DNA of 64,000 bases, from the NCBI GenBank assembly GCA_973895155.1, contig OZ316898.1, positions 19,851,292 through 19,915,291 on the forward strand, in the 5' to 3' direction. The first letter of the stretch is position 1. The number at the start of each line of letters is the position of its first letter. This DNA is from Marsupella aquatica. Taxonomy: Eukaryota > Plantae > Marchantiophyta. The position numbers were made by a program, and so were the translations under genes. Positions 38,205 through 50,300 of the stretch are shown here, one piece after another. The notes beneath the pieces are model-generated. The model saw only the letters and a program-made list of their open reading frames with translations, was not told where the DNA came from and did not search any database.

Positions 38205-38924
38205 GACCTTACGCAACCCAACCACTTGCTCCCTTCCACGCGCCTGTGAACTCGCAACCCTCATAATGACCTAGCTGTACGGGTATCCATAGATTTTGAA
38301 AAATGATGCACGGTCGTACGGGTGTCCACAGAATGCCGATCAGAGTAATCAGACTTTCGGCCTCTCGATGTTGTGAACCCCTTCAGGACAAACTTGGCTA
38401 AAGCTTGCTCACAAATGGTATAAAGCTCTACAGTTCCAATCATTTCTCTCTTTTGTATGGCACGTGCGTTTCTGGTCATTGCTCACTCTCGGTCTTGCCC
38501 TTCGGCCCTTGTCTATCTTGCTTCTGTTCGGTGACTGATTCGACTGACTTGGATATTTATGGTTACAAGAGTTCGTGCAAGGAAAGTCCTGTTTCAAATA
38601 TATTGCATTAGTTTTGGTGTCCTTGGTTGGCGACACGTCTTCTATAGTCCTTAAGAGAGGTATTACTTCATCTACCATTCTCTTAATTTCTTCTCTATGA
38701 TATCCACCAAATATTTGGCCCTAGCTTTATCTTAATATATGGACCTAACTAAGCCCTAGATAATGTAGGGTTCCTAACGACACACTCGTCTACCCACACG
38801 TCTACACACTTCAATGGTCTAATTCAGCTTAATCATTCCCCTGATTTATTCATTTCCATATTTTCTCTTTTCCTTCACAATTCTTGCTTCTCCAGGATTG
38901 TGCTCGTCTTTTCTTGCTCTCCCC

Positions 38925-39358
38925 TTGCCTCGCTCCAAGAGCATCATGCCCTTGCCTCGCTCCAAGAGCGTCATACACTTACCTTTCATCAGGAGCATCC
39001 TGCCCTTTCTTTTCTCCAAGGGCATCCGCTCTCCATTGCCTCGCCATCAGAGCGTCCCTCAACCGCCTCGCCCCTAGAGCGACCCTCCATCGCCTAGCCC
39101 CTAGAGCGACCCTCATTCACCTTGCCCCTAGAGCGTCTCTCCATCGCCTCGCCCCTAGAGCGACCCTCATTCGCCTCGCCCCTAGAGCGACCCTCATTCG
39201 CCTCGCCCCTAGAGCGACCCTCCATCGCCTCACCTCTAGAGCGACCCTCCATCGCCTCGCCCCTAGAGCGACCCTCCATCGCCTCGCCCCTAGAGCGTCC
39301 CTCAATCGCCTCGCCCCTAGAGCGTCGCAACCTCGCCTCGCTCCAAGAGCGTCCCTGA
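38925..39358 (+). repeat. 27-bp tandem array (~16 units) carrying the TCGCCCCTAGAGCGA palindrome, upstream of the transposase
   Basis: Unit tcgcctcgcccctagagcgaccctcca, degenerating toward the 5' side. Confidence 0.95.
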
Positions 39359-39533
39359 CCTTAGAATCCTGTTGTGTAAAGCCAATACACATAAACTCCC
39401 AAATATTTTTTTCCTTTAAATAGAATTCAAATGTTTAGATCTAATATTGTAATATCTAGAGTAGTGCTTATCAGTATGCACATCAGCTGAACAATTTTTA
39501 AATGTTTTTGGATGCAGAGATCCTTTCGCTACC

Positions 39534-42500
39534 ATGAGTAAATTTATGCGAGGGGATGAAGTTTCATTGATAATTGATGGTTTTGAAGTGGCAATTGGGA
39601 CCATCCAAAAGGTTGATCCCAAAGACACTATACACAATATTTGTCTTGGGAAAAATTGAATTGGGGTCCTTATCGAGAGGTGTCTTGAAACATCTTGTCC
39701 ACTACCATTTCCATCCAAAACATCATCGAGCCTAGGTGATGCAGTTGACTCATGTGTGATCTGGGATTCTTCCTTGGCATATTTGAGGTCTTCAACATTG
39801 CCGAAAAGAACCGTTGTGGATGGTGTTCCTACTCCAGTAGACGGGGATGAAGGATGTTCCGAAATGGATGTTGGTGGTAAAGGAGGCAACCTTGCTGAAG
39901 GAGAGGAGGTTGAGATGTTCATTTTAGATGAACTTGTATCAAAAGGAGTTGTCTTCAATACCAATCCAATGGACACTTGTCATAGTGAACGACTCGGTGT
40001 TGGCCGTGTCAGTATACAAATATCAGAGGTTGTTCAGGGAAATAGAAAATTACCGTATCCACATCCTGGAGCTGACACAGTGCAAGAGGCAATGCAGACT
40101 TGGGTAATGTGGGATGTTGCTGATGTTTCAAGAAAAGGCTCTATTCGAGGTTCTGGCATGTTTGTTGGTGCAAACCCGGGTGCAAACCTGTTTAAGGATC
40201 TTCCATTGAAAGATTTTACAATGCGTTCCAACTGGATGGCAGAGGAAGTTGACTTGTATGATGTTTCTCGTTGTCGTAAGGTTGCGACAGGGGTTATCAC
40301 AGTTCCTTTTGAAGCAGGTGCTGTTGATGATGAACTTCTTGGTCCAGAGCATGTGGGTGTAGCTGTTGTGAATATCAACGATCCCGCATTATTTCCAAAT
40401 ATCCGTGCTGGTACTCCAGGTTTGGTGAGGTGGGAAATCAAATCTTTGTTGTTGATTTCATCTCAAATGTTTCTTGGGGATATCCTTGAGAAAGGTTCAC
40501 ATGTGTGGATAGAATCGGGTCGAAATGAGAGCGACCCGGATTTGGATGGTGATGGGAAACCTCCAAAAAGACCTTATAATTTCATTAGAAGGACCAAAGT
40601 GGATCTGGAGGAGAAAAAAAAAACATTTGCAATCAAGGGCGCTTTTGAAAATCACCGAGGAGTCCATTGATTCCATCCAAAGAGAAGGTTGTTGCAGGTT
40701 AAAGTGTTGCTTGAACATGCCAAGAGAGGACTTGGAGGCAATGAGGAGGGAATTTCATGGAATGTCAAGTGACAACAAAACAAGTCATATCTTCAATCTT
40801 TTTGGGTGTAGAGAAGACCAAGTCAAGAGAAAAGGATTTTTTGTTCTAAAGGGACGTGTGGTTTGTAAGGATGCGTTCATAAAAATGCATGGGTTTAGTA
40901 CGGCAAAGTATTATGATTACAAAAATCAGTATGAAGCTGGGTGCACAATTGGTTTCCATGGAAATCAAGGGCAACATAAGACACGATCAAGCACCTTGCA
41001 TGCTCGTGCATTGTTGGAGTCCATTTTAATCCAAAATGGAGAACCAATGCCACATCTTCCCTATGGTGGGTCCAACGGCACCGATACTGTCGAATATCGA
41101 CTCCCATCATGTTTCACTAAGAAGGAGATTTTTCAAGAGGTATTTGCAAAGATGGAATTGGACGGCTATGCTAAGGTTACTGAAGTTACCATGTACAACA
41201 TCTGGAAAAATTCTTTTGATAATTTTGACTTTCACAAGGGCAGTGCATTTGCCAAGTGCACATTTTGCACTGAGTTCAAAGATCAATTGATGCGGGAGAA
41301 GAGAAAAAAAGAGCGTGCAGAGATTGAAGAGAAAAGAGCACGACATCTTCGTGAACAAATGTCAAGGAGATATGTTTACTATGCTCATAGGGTTCTTGCA
41401 AAGAAGGATCCTCAAAACTATCTTTGCATTATTCATGATAAGATGGACCAAGCCAAGACTTGGATCCCCAGATTGGTCCCCACTCCAAAATCTCTCTTTG
41501 GTAGTGGTCAACCTCTGCCCATTGCCCTTACTGGGATGTTAACCCATGGAAGGGATCCAGGAGTGTATGCACACTTTAGTTTGACTGGCCTTTGGCCTGG
41601 AGATGCAGACTTCACTGTGACATCTTTGGCCAAATGCCTTCGAGATTTGGAGGATTACACTGGAGACAAAACGGGAGACATGCTTGAAGCTTTCAATTGG
41701 AACGCAACTAGGCCAATATTTCAGTCTCTTTTGGACTTTGAAGCATTTCAAGCGGGTTACTTGGAACCCAAAAATGTTTCAATTCTCAAGTTTCAAGGCC
41801 TTGATGACGGTCAGGAGAGCCAAAAAACCAGCACAACAGATGCTGGTTCTAGAGTTGATCCTGAGACTACGAGCTCTTTCAAGCCCTTACCAAGGCACCT
41901 AACACTGCAGATGGACAATTCAGGAAAAGATAATAAAAATCAATATGTGATGGCATTTTGCAGCGAGCTTGTTAGCAGGGGGGTGTTTGAAACTGTGCAA
42001 ATGTCATTCCTCATGGTTGGCCACACCCATGAGGATGTGGATGCACTATTTTCTCAAGTATCCAAACAGGTCAGATACAAAGAGGTTGCTACCCTCCTTG
42101 CGTTGATGGCTGACGTTTGGGAGTGTGAAAGCATCCATCCCGTACCACGATTGATTCAGGAGGTTGCATCTTACAAGCACTATTTGAAGGCTTTCCAAGT
42201 GAAAGAGATTGAAGGTCACTCAAAACCAGTGACATTTCTATTCTCCATGAGGGATAATGTGCCAGTGTATCAATATAAAGCACATGTCAAACAACCTTGG
42301 CTTCCAGCAACAGGGAGGTCAATTTGGAGAACTGATCTCATCACAAACACGCTCATTTTACCGGAGGGCCAACCATTTGCAAAACCTATACCGGGGGAGG
42401 TACAAAAGAAAGCCGAGGAAATCATCCCATTCCTTAATCGTTACATTGATTTCTTGAGGAAAAGTTGCAAGGATGATACCTCTGCAGCATACCGCGAGAG

Positions 42501-43270
42501 ATTTCCTTTGGTGAAATATTGGGAGAGGCTTGTTATGGCACTCTCTGAGGCACTTACAATAGAAGGGGAGGGAGAAAGACAATTGTCATTGACAACTGAT
42601 TTCTGGCCAAAGACTAACCATGGCACAGGTTACAAGGTGATTTTGGGGACCTCTCAACCTTCAAGTGAACCTACTCAAAATTCAGAGATGATGGACCTTC
42701 AAAATGAGTACATGGAAGAGATGGAAGGTCAAGCTGCACCCTTCGTTGGTGCACGAGAAGAGCGAGAGCTTGCACGTTGGATTCCCCTACAAGATATTCA
42801 AGAGGGTCACTTTGTGTTTTTACGTCCAGAGGATGAATGGGAGCAAAAAAATGGCAAAGGGCGTTTCTGGTTAGTTCGAGCTTTGGGTGGTGTGGATCCA
42901 AACCATAAGGTTTCTTCACTAGATTTGCAATTTAGTGAAGGGTCTTCTTCAAGGTTTTCTAAGAGCATTCACCTAAGTAGCATTCCTAAGCGGTATGCTC
43001 CTATGTTCCAAGTGCAATTGGTGGAGGCCTAAACATGGTAAGCATGATGCAAAGGATGATGTTCGATACGAACGTTGCTTTCAGACCACTAAGACTTGGG
43101 AGCTAGATCCTGGGTTTAACACTATCACTCAAAGTTGACAGTTTGCAAATTCTGCAATGTATGGATTTAAGTCAGGTGCCAAAGAACAAAATATTATGGA
43201 TAGAGGTTTGACAATTCCCAAGAATGTTTTGAAAACTCTCAAAACTTACATGGAAGGTATTGATGAGTAG
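39534..43270 (+). pseudogene. Sola-like DDD transposase with three N-terminal Tnp1/En-Spm-like repeats and a C-terminal SH3/Tudor-like domain; disrupted
   Basis: ATG at 39534 in acc-ATG context. Motifs CCRLKC, VCKDAF, AKCTFC, IHDKMDQ, LQMDNSGKDNKN, FLMVGHTHEDVDALFS. TGA at 39657; extra A in the A10 run at 40614-40623 separates ORFs 39756 and 40525; frame break or intron near 42911-43019; TGA at 43136; stop at 43268-43270. Confidence 0.85.
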
Positions 43271-45899
43271 AGTGATAGAGTGGTCACAAGTGTCCACTAT
43301 GTAATGACTTGTAAGTAGGAGGGTCAAGTTAATTTCCATGCATTTGTCTAAAGTAAGTGAGAGAACAAGGCTTGCATCAAATACTCTATGATCTTTCTTA
43401 GTTATTGAATGGACTTTTTGATAATTATTGTTATTTTTGTCTTAGTACATATATTTCTAGAAAATGATGGCAGTTCTAAGTTACTTGGATGTCATCCTAG
43501 TTTGAATATAAGATATTTAACTTGTCTAGCATTTCATTGTTGCTTAGATAATGATCCTATCCAAGCTAGATGTTTTGAGTATAGATGCTATCCAAGCTTA
43601 TGTGTTATTACACACGTTCTATCTATTTTCAACCAAATGAACACTTTTTATCACCCAAATGTTTTTTAATATTATCCAAATTAATATTTTCTTTGCCCAA
43701 ATGTCTATTTTTTTGCCCCAAATTTATAATTCATGATGCTTAAATTTTCATTTTCATCCTTCAAATTTACAATTCTTATGCCTAAAAGTGTGTTTTTAAA
43801 TGCCCAAATTTCCAAATCTTCTTTATAATTCCACTTTTAATGAATATAGTGATAAAGATTTTTGAAGCCTTAAGCAAGGGGTGAGAAGGTCTAAGCCGCC
43901 ACTACTCAGCCATGACAAAACCTGGATTCACCAAGCTTCATCATTAAAAATAACTTTTTCTTGAAATTGTGTAGCAGACCCAGCAAGAAAGGACAAGAGT
44001 GAATGAAATGTAGAAAAAGGGAGAAATATTGGACACTTCCCCTTATATGGGGTCAGTAGCTGTTTAAGGGGTAGTGAACAGCAAATTCTTGAAAGTGCTT
44101 GTGTCATTTCCTAAACCCCTTCCTCATAAGAAAACAATTAAACAAATCTCACTGGACATGATGCTCCTATGGACGGTACACAAACTGTACAATTGGGATG
44201 GACTAATTGAGAATGTTCCCTATCACATTGTGAGTACAATATTCCTGTCACATTGTGAGTACAATGGGGTCCATCTGAGTTGCAAAAATCAATGGAAGCA
44301 TTTTGATAAACCTAGCAGTCTATGGGGGGCCAAAACTCTCTTAGTCTTAGACTTCCGTACTTTGCGAATATTAAAAACCCCAAAATAAGAACTAATTCCC
44401 AAACAAAAAAAGGTTGTCCTAACACCTGGTACCAGTAATAACGCTTGCTTTGACCTTGTACTTCCCTGCCTTTTGTACTAGTCTGTACAGTTCACCTTCT
44501 ACTGGTGTACTTCCCTTGGCTTGCTTTGTATCTATCTCCTTGCACCCAATGATTATAACTGTACTTATTAATATGTTCATTTAGTATATCAAATTATCCA
44601 CACAATCTGTACGGTTTACTCTGACGAGCTTAGTGGTAAGTGCAGGACCTTGGAAGATACCCAAGTCCACACTATCTACAATATGCACTCTCCTGTAAGT
44701 GCACTATATAAGTTTTCTGCATTCTCCAGATGTGCATGGTTACACTGCCAAATAAGTGCCTGATAAATCTCTTATGCACCTTGGCATTTCTGTTGTAGGC
44801 TCGGGGGTCTCACCTAGATGGAGCCCCCTACATTACCCTTGATGTTTTTGGGTTGGGTACAATATAAGATTTAAAAAACCCTATCTTCATTACAAATCTC
44901 AAAATTGTATTTAAGAGATCCTAATTGCTATAAGTTTTTGGAAATCTTCGTCTAGAACTAATGAAACAACCCTATGCATTGTTGCACATGGCGTGTCATT
45001 TTCACGGAAGTGAGATCCCAAGGTTGGTGGGTCACACACATCGGACTCCTGATATCCTGAGCCTGTGTCGCATACTACATGATTCAACTTGATAAGTAGA
45101 CAAAACTACTTTATGTAATCTCGTATGTAATTGTCTATTACTTATCAGTAAACACTTGTTATGTATGCATTGCAATACCTAATAAAATATGTGCACATTT
45201 TTAGATGACAATAAAATTATGCATCTAATATCATGAGTAAACCATAGTTACTCATAAGATAATATGCACATGTGTAATATACAATGAAGATACAAGTAGC
45301 TAATCCAGAAAGAAGAATGTAGTTAACCTCACTAGAGTCTACATGCACGGAGAGAATTTTACTGAATTCTAAGTTTGTCAACCATTTCAAGTTTTCACAA
45401 ACCAAGGTCAATATTCCTATATCTCAAGTGGCTGTGTAACAAGAAATCTAAATTCTCTTCACTAACTAATGTATTGCTAGTGAGTATAGTAATAACACAT
45501 TCAACCTTAACCAAGCACTTGACTAAGATTAGACTATTTGTGGCTACATAATAACTCAATAAAGCTAAACATAGACACTAATATACATGCCTTGGTACCT
45601 TAGTCTAATCTTAGGTACTATTGGAAGTAAAGTTTTTCCTTACAACAGAAAATAATCCGTGTTTGCCTGCATGGCATGGATACCCATCGATCCTCACTCA
45701 CGATGACAATCTAAATATCAAATTTTGTTGTTGAAAGAGAAATTACAGCCAATGGCTTCACTCTACCAGAAAATATCAAACATTCTGCTAAAAAGATAAG
45801 TTACCCAGATAAATTACAGCCTTGGCTTCACTCTACCAATAAATATCAAAATTGGTTATCGTAAATATAAGCTCCTCCCTTTGGTTCACTCCCTTGTTG

Positions 45900-46930
45900 G
45901 ATTCTTTGGTACCGTCGACAATATAATTTATTGTGTGAGTGACGGGGCACCGATAACCCAGCATGCCATTGTCATGGGATATTGTTGCTCAGAACTGCCC
46001 TCAGAAACTCTGATTCCGCTTTGCTTGCCCCTTCGTTAGATTCTTTCTTTTCGTCGACAATTTATTGTGTAAGTGAAGGGGCAACGATAACCCAGCATGC
46101 CACTGTCATGGGATATTGTTGCTCAGGACCCCGCTCAGAACTGCCCTCAGAAACTCTGATTCCGCTTTGCTTGCCCCTTCTTAAATTCTTTCGTTCCGTC
46201 GACAATATAATTTATTGTGAGAGTGAAGGGGCAACGATAAACGAGGATACCACTGTCATGGGAAATTGTTGCTCAGAAACTTTGATTCCGCTTTGCTTGC
46301 CCCTTCGTTAGATTCTTAATTTCTTTCCGTCGACAAACTATTTCTGTGAGTGAAGGGGCAACGATAACCCAGCATACCACTGTCATGGGAAATTGTTGCT
46401 CAGAAATGCCCTCAGAAACTTTGAATTTTCTTTGCTTGCCCCTTCGTTAGATTCTTTCTTTTCGTCGACAAACTATTTCTGTGAGTGTAGGGGCAACGAT
46501 AACCGAGCATACCACTGTCATGGGAAATTGTTGCGCAGAAATGCCCTCAGAAACTTTGAATTTTCTTTGCTTGCCCCTTCGTTAGATTCTTTCTTCGTCG
46601 ACAAAGTGTTTCTGTGAGTGAAGGGGCAAGGATAACCGAGCATACCACTGTCATGGGAAGCTGTTGCTCAGAAATGCCCTCAGAAACTTTGAATCTGCTT
46701 TGCTTGCCCCTTCTTTAGATTTTTTTTTTCGTCGACAAACTATTTCTGTGAGTGTAGGGGCAACGATAACCTAGCATACCACTGTCATGGGAAATTGTTG
46801 CTCAGAAATGCCCTCAGAAAGTCAGAAACTTTGAATCTGCTTTGATTGCCCCTTCGTTAGATTCTTTCGTACCGTACTCGACAATTGTGTGAGTGAAGGG
46901 GCAACGATAAGTCGATAACCGAGCATATCA
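45900..46930 (+). repeat. ~135-bp tandem array x8 with an internal inverted repeat in each unit
   Basis: GTCGAC recurs at ~45914, 46052, 46198, 46329, 46464, 46597 and 46731 (variant at ~46877). Units contain gaaggggcaa...ttgccccttc. Confidence 0.93.
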
Positions 46931-47034
46931 GTGTCATTATGGATACAGATCGATGATTGGACCTGCAAAACCTGCAAGTCAGCAAGTGTGACGAGGGAAC
47001 GAACAGTCGAAATTTTTCTTCGTATTTTTTAAAC

Positions 47035-47310
47035 GATTGACAAGACCCTGTGTTTCTGACGAGTCTCAGAGTGACACCTCTATTCTAGTTCAAATTTGTA
47101 GCTGAACTGCTGAAGGTTCCGCAGACCGGCGAATAAAATACTCTTCAAAGCGATCCTATAAATGTCAGTCAAAATAAGGCCGATTGACCAGACCCTGTTT
47201 CTGACGAGTCTCAGTGTGAAACCTCTATTCTACTTCAAATTTGTAGCTGAACTGCTGAAGGTTCCACAGACCGGCGAATAAATACTCTTCAAAGCGATTG
47301 CTATAAATGT
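47035..47310 (+). repeat. ~147-bp tandem duplication
   Basis: gattgac.agaccctg..tttctgacgagtctcag...ctcttcaaagcgat at 47035 and 47182. Confidence 0.9.
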
Positions 47311-50300
47311 GCCGTTTTCTTTGATAATGGGACTTAGCGCAAACTAGACAGCTGCACTTAGTCGGAACAACAATTCGAATTCGCATGTTCCAAGGTTTTC
47401 ATGATGGAAACCCTCCTTCTTGCTAGAGACTAAAACCATTTTCTTTTTCATTCTCAGTTGTTGTGAGCTTTGGAACTCTATTTCGCCGCTATCTTGCCGC
47501 AGTGTTACACTTGGAGCCCAACGCTAGCTTCGTCGGGTTAGGCTTATAACGAATCATGGCTACTCAACATCATTGGCAGATTATTGATGCGTTCAGCGGT
47601 TTAGTATTTGCCACAATCAATGGCTAGAGGCTAGAGGGCTCTCGGCACCATCCACTCCACCGGGTACCAAGCAAATAACGAAGAGAACTGAGAATGAAAC
47701 CTCAAGTCTGCCCAGGATCTCGTGTCCCTAGAAACAGCTGCAAATTAATTTTGAAACTTACAATCTAGAGCGCCTTCCACAAGCGTCACGCTGTTCAAGA
47801 CATAACAAGGAAGGGCGGCCTTTAGTTCCTTTCAATTGACATTCGTGGCCGGAGGTCGTCAAAGTGTCTAGCCACTCCTTCACAGTACTGAAGACCGTTT
47901 CCTCCGCTTAATCTAAACTTTCAGGTCCAGGATTCTAACTGAAATGTCAGTCTTGTTGTGCATCGCTTTCAGGAACGAACGTGACGTCCAACGACATTTG
48001 GAGCTAGAGTGATTTCCAAAATCTGGAGGGTATCTCTGATGCCAATAGTTTTAATAAACTTTCCGTTCCATCACGAAGCCCTCCAGCATCAACGACCACG
48101 CCACCGAGGAACTCCACACAATGCTGATGGGTATTCTCGTCTGCTGCTAGGAAATCTCTTTCCTCGTTTGTTTCTCCCTTCCGAGGGCCATGACCATATT
48201 TCTATAGGTGTGCTTCCGGTCACCACTTCACTCCAGAAAGTTCTAGAAATGCCGGCTCGGGCTCACTTTTAATCAGTATCCCGGATGGATTTCGAGTATA
48301 TGTTAGCCAGTCGAGTGTCAAACTATCACGAACAGTAATATACCCAAGGCAGCATATATTATCATCATCATAGAGGAGGAACTCGGAATCAAACCAGTCA
48401 GCGTCATAGAAGTCCCCCCCCCCCCCCACACACACACAACACACACACACAAATTTCTTTCACTACCGGTCTGAAAATCATACGCCAAAAAGATAGGACC
48501 CCGTGCTGATGAGTAACCATGATCCATGTCCTCTCCATTTGGATTGTCTGCAACGCCAGTCAAACTAATATGGACGCCACCATGAAGACCCGTTTTGAAA
48601 ACTCCTCCAGGGAAAGGTATTCATTCTCTAGCGAAACGTTTCCCGCGGAGAAGGCCTCTGGAGTCTACTGGCCTATTCATCGACTGTCACAAGTTGTATT
48701 AGTTTTCGTCCAAGAGGACATCAGGATCCCTGCTACCTACTGTATAATGTAAATCGACTCTGGCCGGAGGCTTCTGGAGTTTAGATAGGTTTTCATCGTA
48801 AAGGATACAATTCTTGTTGATGTCCATAGGTGGTATGATGTTGACTGGTGGGTGAACTAAAGCAAGATAATTATACGAGGCAAATTGGAATCCCGTCATC
48901 AAGTGCAGCCCCTAAAGTACACGAATCAGAAAATAGCAACCAATGTGGCAGTCTCTTTCGAAAGTGGGTGACTGGCTGTCTTGCTTTAAGCCCGAGCTTC
49001 AACTAACAAGCATGGGTCATCCTCACTCGTCCTTAACAAACTAATTTCGAGTCACGAGTCCTAGCCTGCAGACTGATGCAGCAGTAAATCTCCCTATAAA
49101 GTTGATCTGATCGAGGCGAACGGCATTGCAAAACAAGGATTGAGCTTTTGTGAATCACCATCAAAAGCGACATACGTACTGACCAAGGCCGGTGCAATGA
49201 ATCTTTAAGCCAATAGACACAACCTCGGACCGGGACTCACTGGATTCTATGCGATTTGGTTCTATCTTCAAGAATCCTCAAGATTTAGGAAGTAGTACAC
49301 AAGTTAATGAAAACGAGCTGACTTGTTCCAAGTGTAATGATTCGCCCCTGAAAGGCCCTATGAGCAGGACCCGGGCACACAAAGGATCCCTCCCCTCGAG
49401 CAGGGATTGTCCCGATGGAGATCTTCGTGCGCAAGGATCCCACCATGAAACGTCCCGGGAGACTGATCGACGGATGGTGGTATCTGGCCTTGTTTATTTA
49501 CGAAAATATGATTGTCCTTGCATGGTGGCATTTGTACATTTCTCTTTGTGATGAATGACGAAAAAGTTCGCATATTGAAATCGATTCTGCAGCGTCAGCA
49601 GTTAAATTGTACTTTGTGTACTTGACCAAAGAAGTTATGTCGTCTCACAAAGTATTGGAGAAGTGTAACCAAATTAAACTTGTTGTATCTATCTGATTTT
49701 TAATTCTTGTTCATGGTCAGTTCAAGGTCCGTTGTGAGGCGATTGACCTCAATGTTGATGCAGATTATGACCACACCAATTCAGTGATTGTGAAGCAAGT
49801 TGCTGTTGGGGAAACGACAGAGGTGGTGTTCAATGCGCCTTCAGAAATACAGAAATTAAAATCGAGCAACTGAAAGCAAACAATACTAAGGTTATTAAGT
49901 TCAGACAAGCTCAGAACAATTACAATTGCTTGATTGTGATGTGTTTACTTGTTCAGTTTACTGTATGTGTAGTTTGAAGCAGGTTAGTCAATTGTCTAAG
50001 ATTAATGTTGCCTGCTGCTACGCTGATGCAGGAGACAGCAATGGCTTTGTCACCTGAAATTGATCCTATTAAATCAAAGTTGGATCTATCAACCTCTGAG
50101 CAAGCAATCATTCGGAAGTGTCAAAGTCGATATCTTCACCATCTGTATTGAAGGTGACTTTTGTTGGCACTACCAATTTTCTGTACGGTTATGTTGTATT
50201 TGTTTATACACTGTTTCTGAAGGTTTGATCTAATAATGTATGGTCTGTTGTTGGATGCATGACCTAGAGACCTAGAGACTTGTGATGGCACTGATTTCGA

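Larger units (their letters stand above)
31191..43853. mobile_element. 12,663-bp TIR DNA transposon (Sola-like DDD transposase plus multidomain cargo gene)
   Basis: TIRs atcacagtattcattaaaactggaa (31191-31215) and ttccacttttaatgaatatagtgat (43829-43853) match at 22/25 as inverted repeats. Flanked by AAAG at 31187-31190 and 43854-43857. Both long genes lie entirely inside. Confidence 0.8.

Noticed and set aside
38884-39423. LAPRA / SPLER / RSRGEA repeat ORFs
   Set aside because: Translations of the 27-bp array that are open in several frames; no coding evidence.
47950-50160. Exon-like fragments (48220-48902 on -, 49720-50155 on +)
   Set aside because: They contain stops and match no family I recognise, so no call is supportable.
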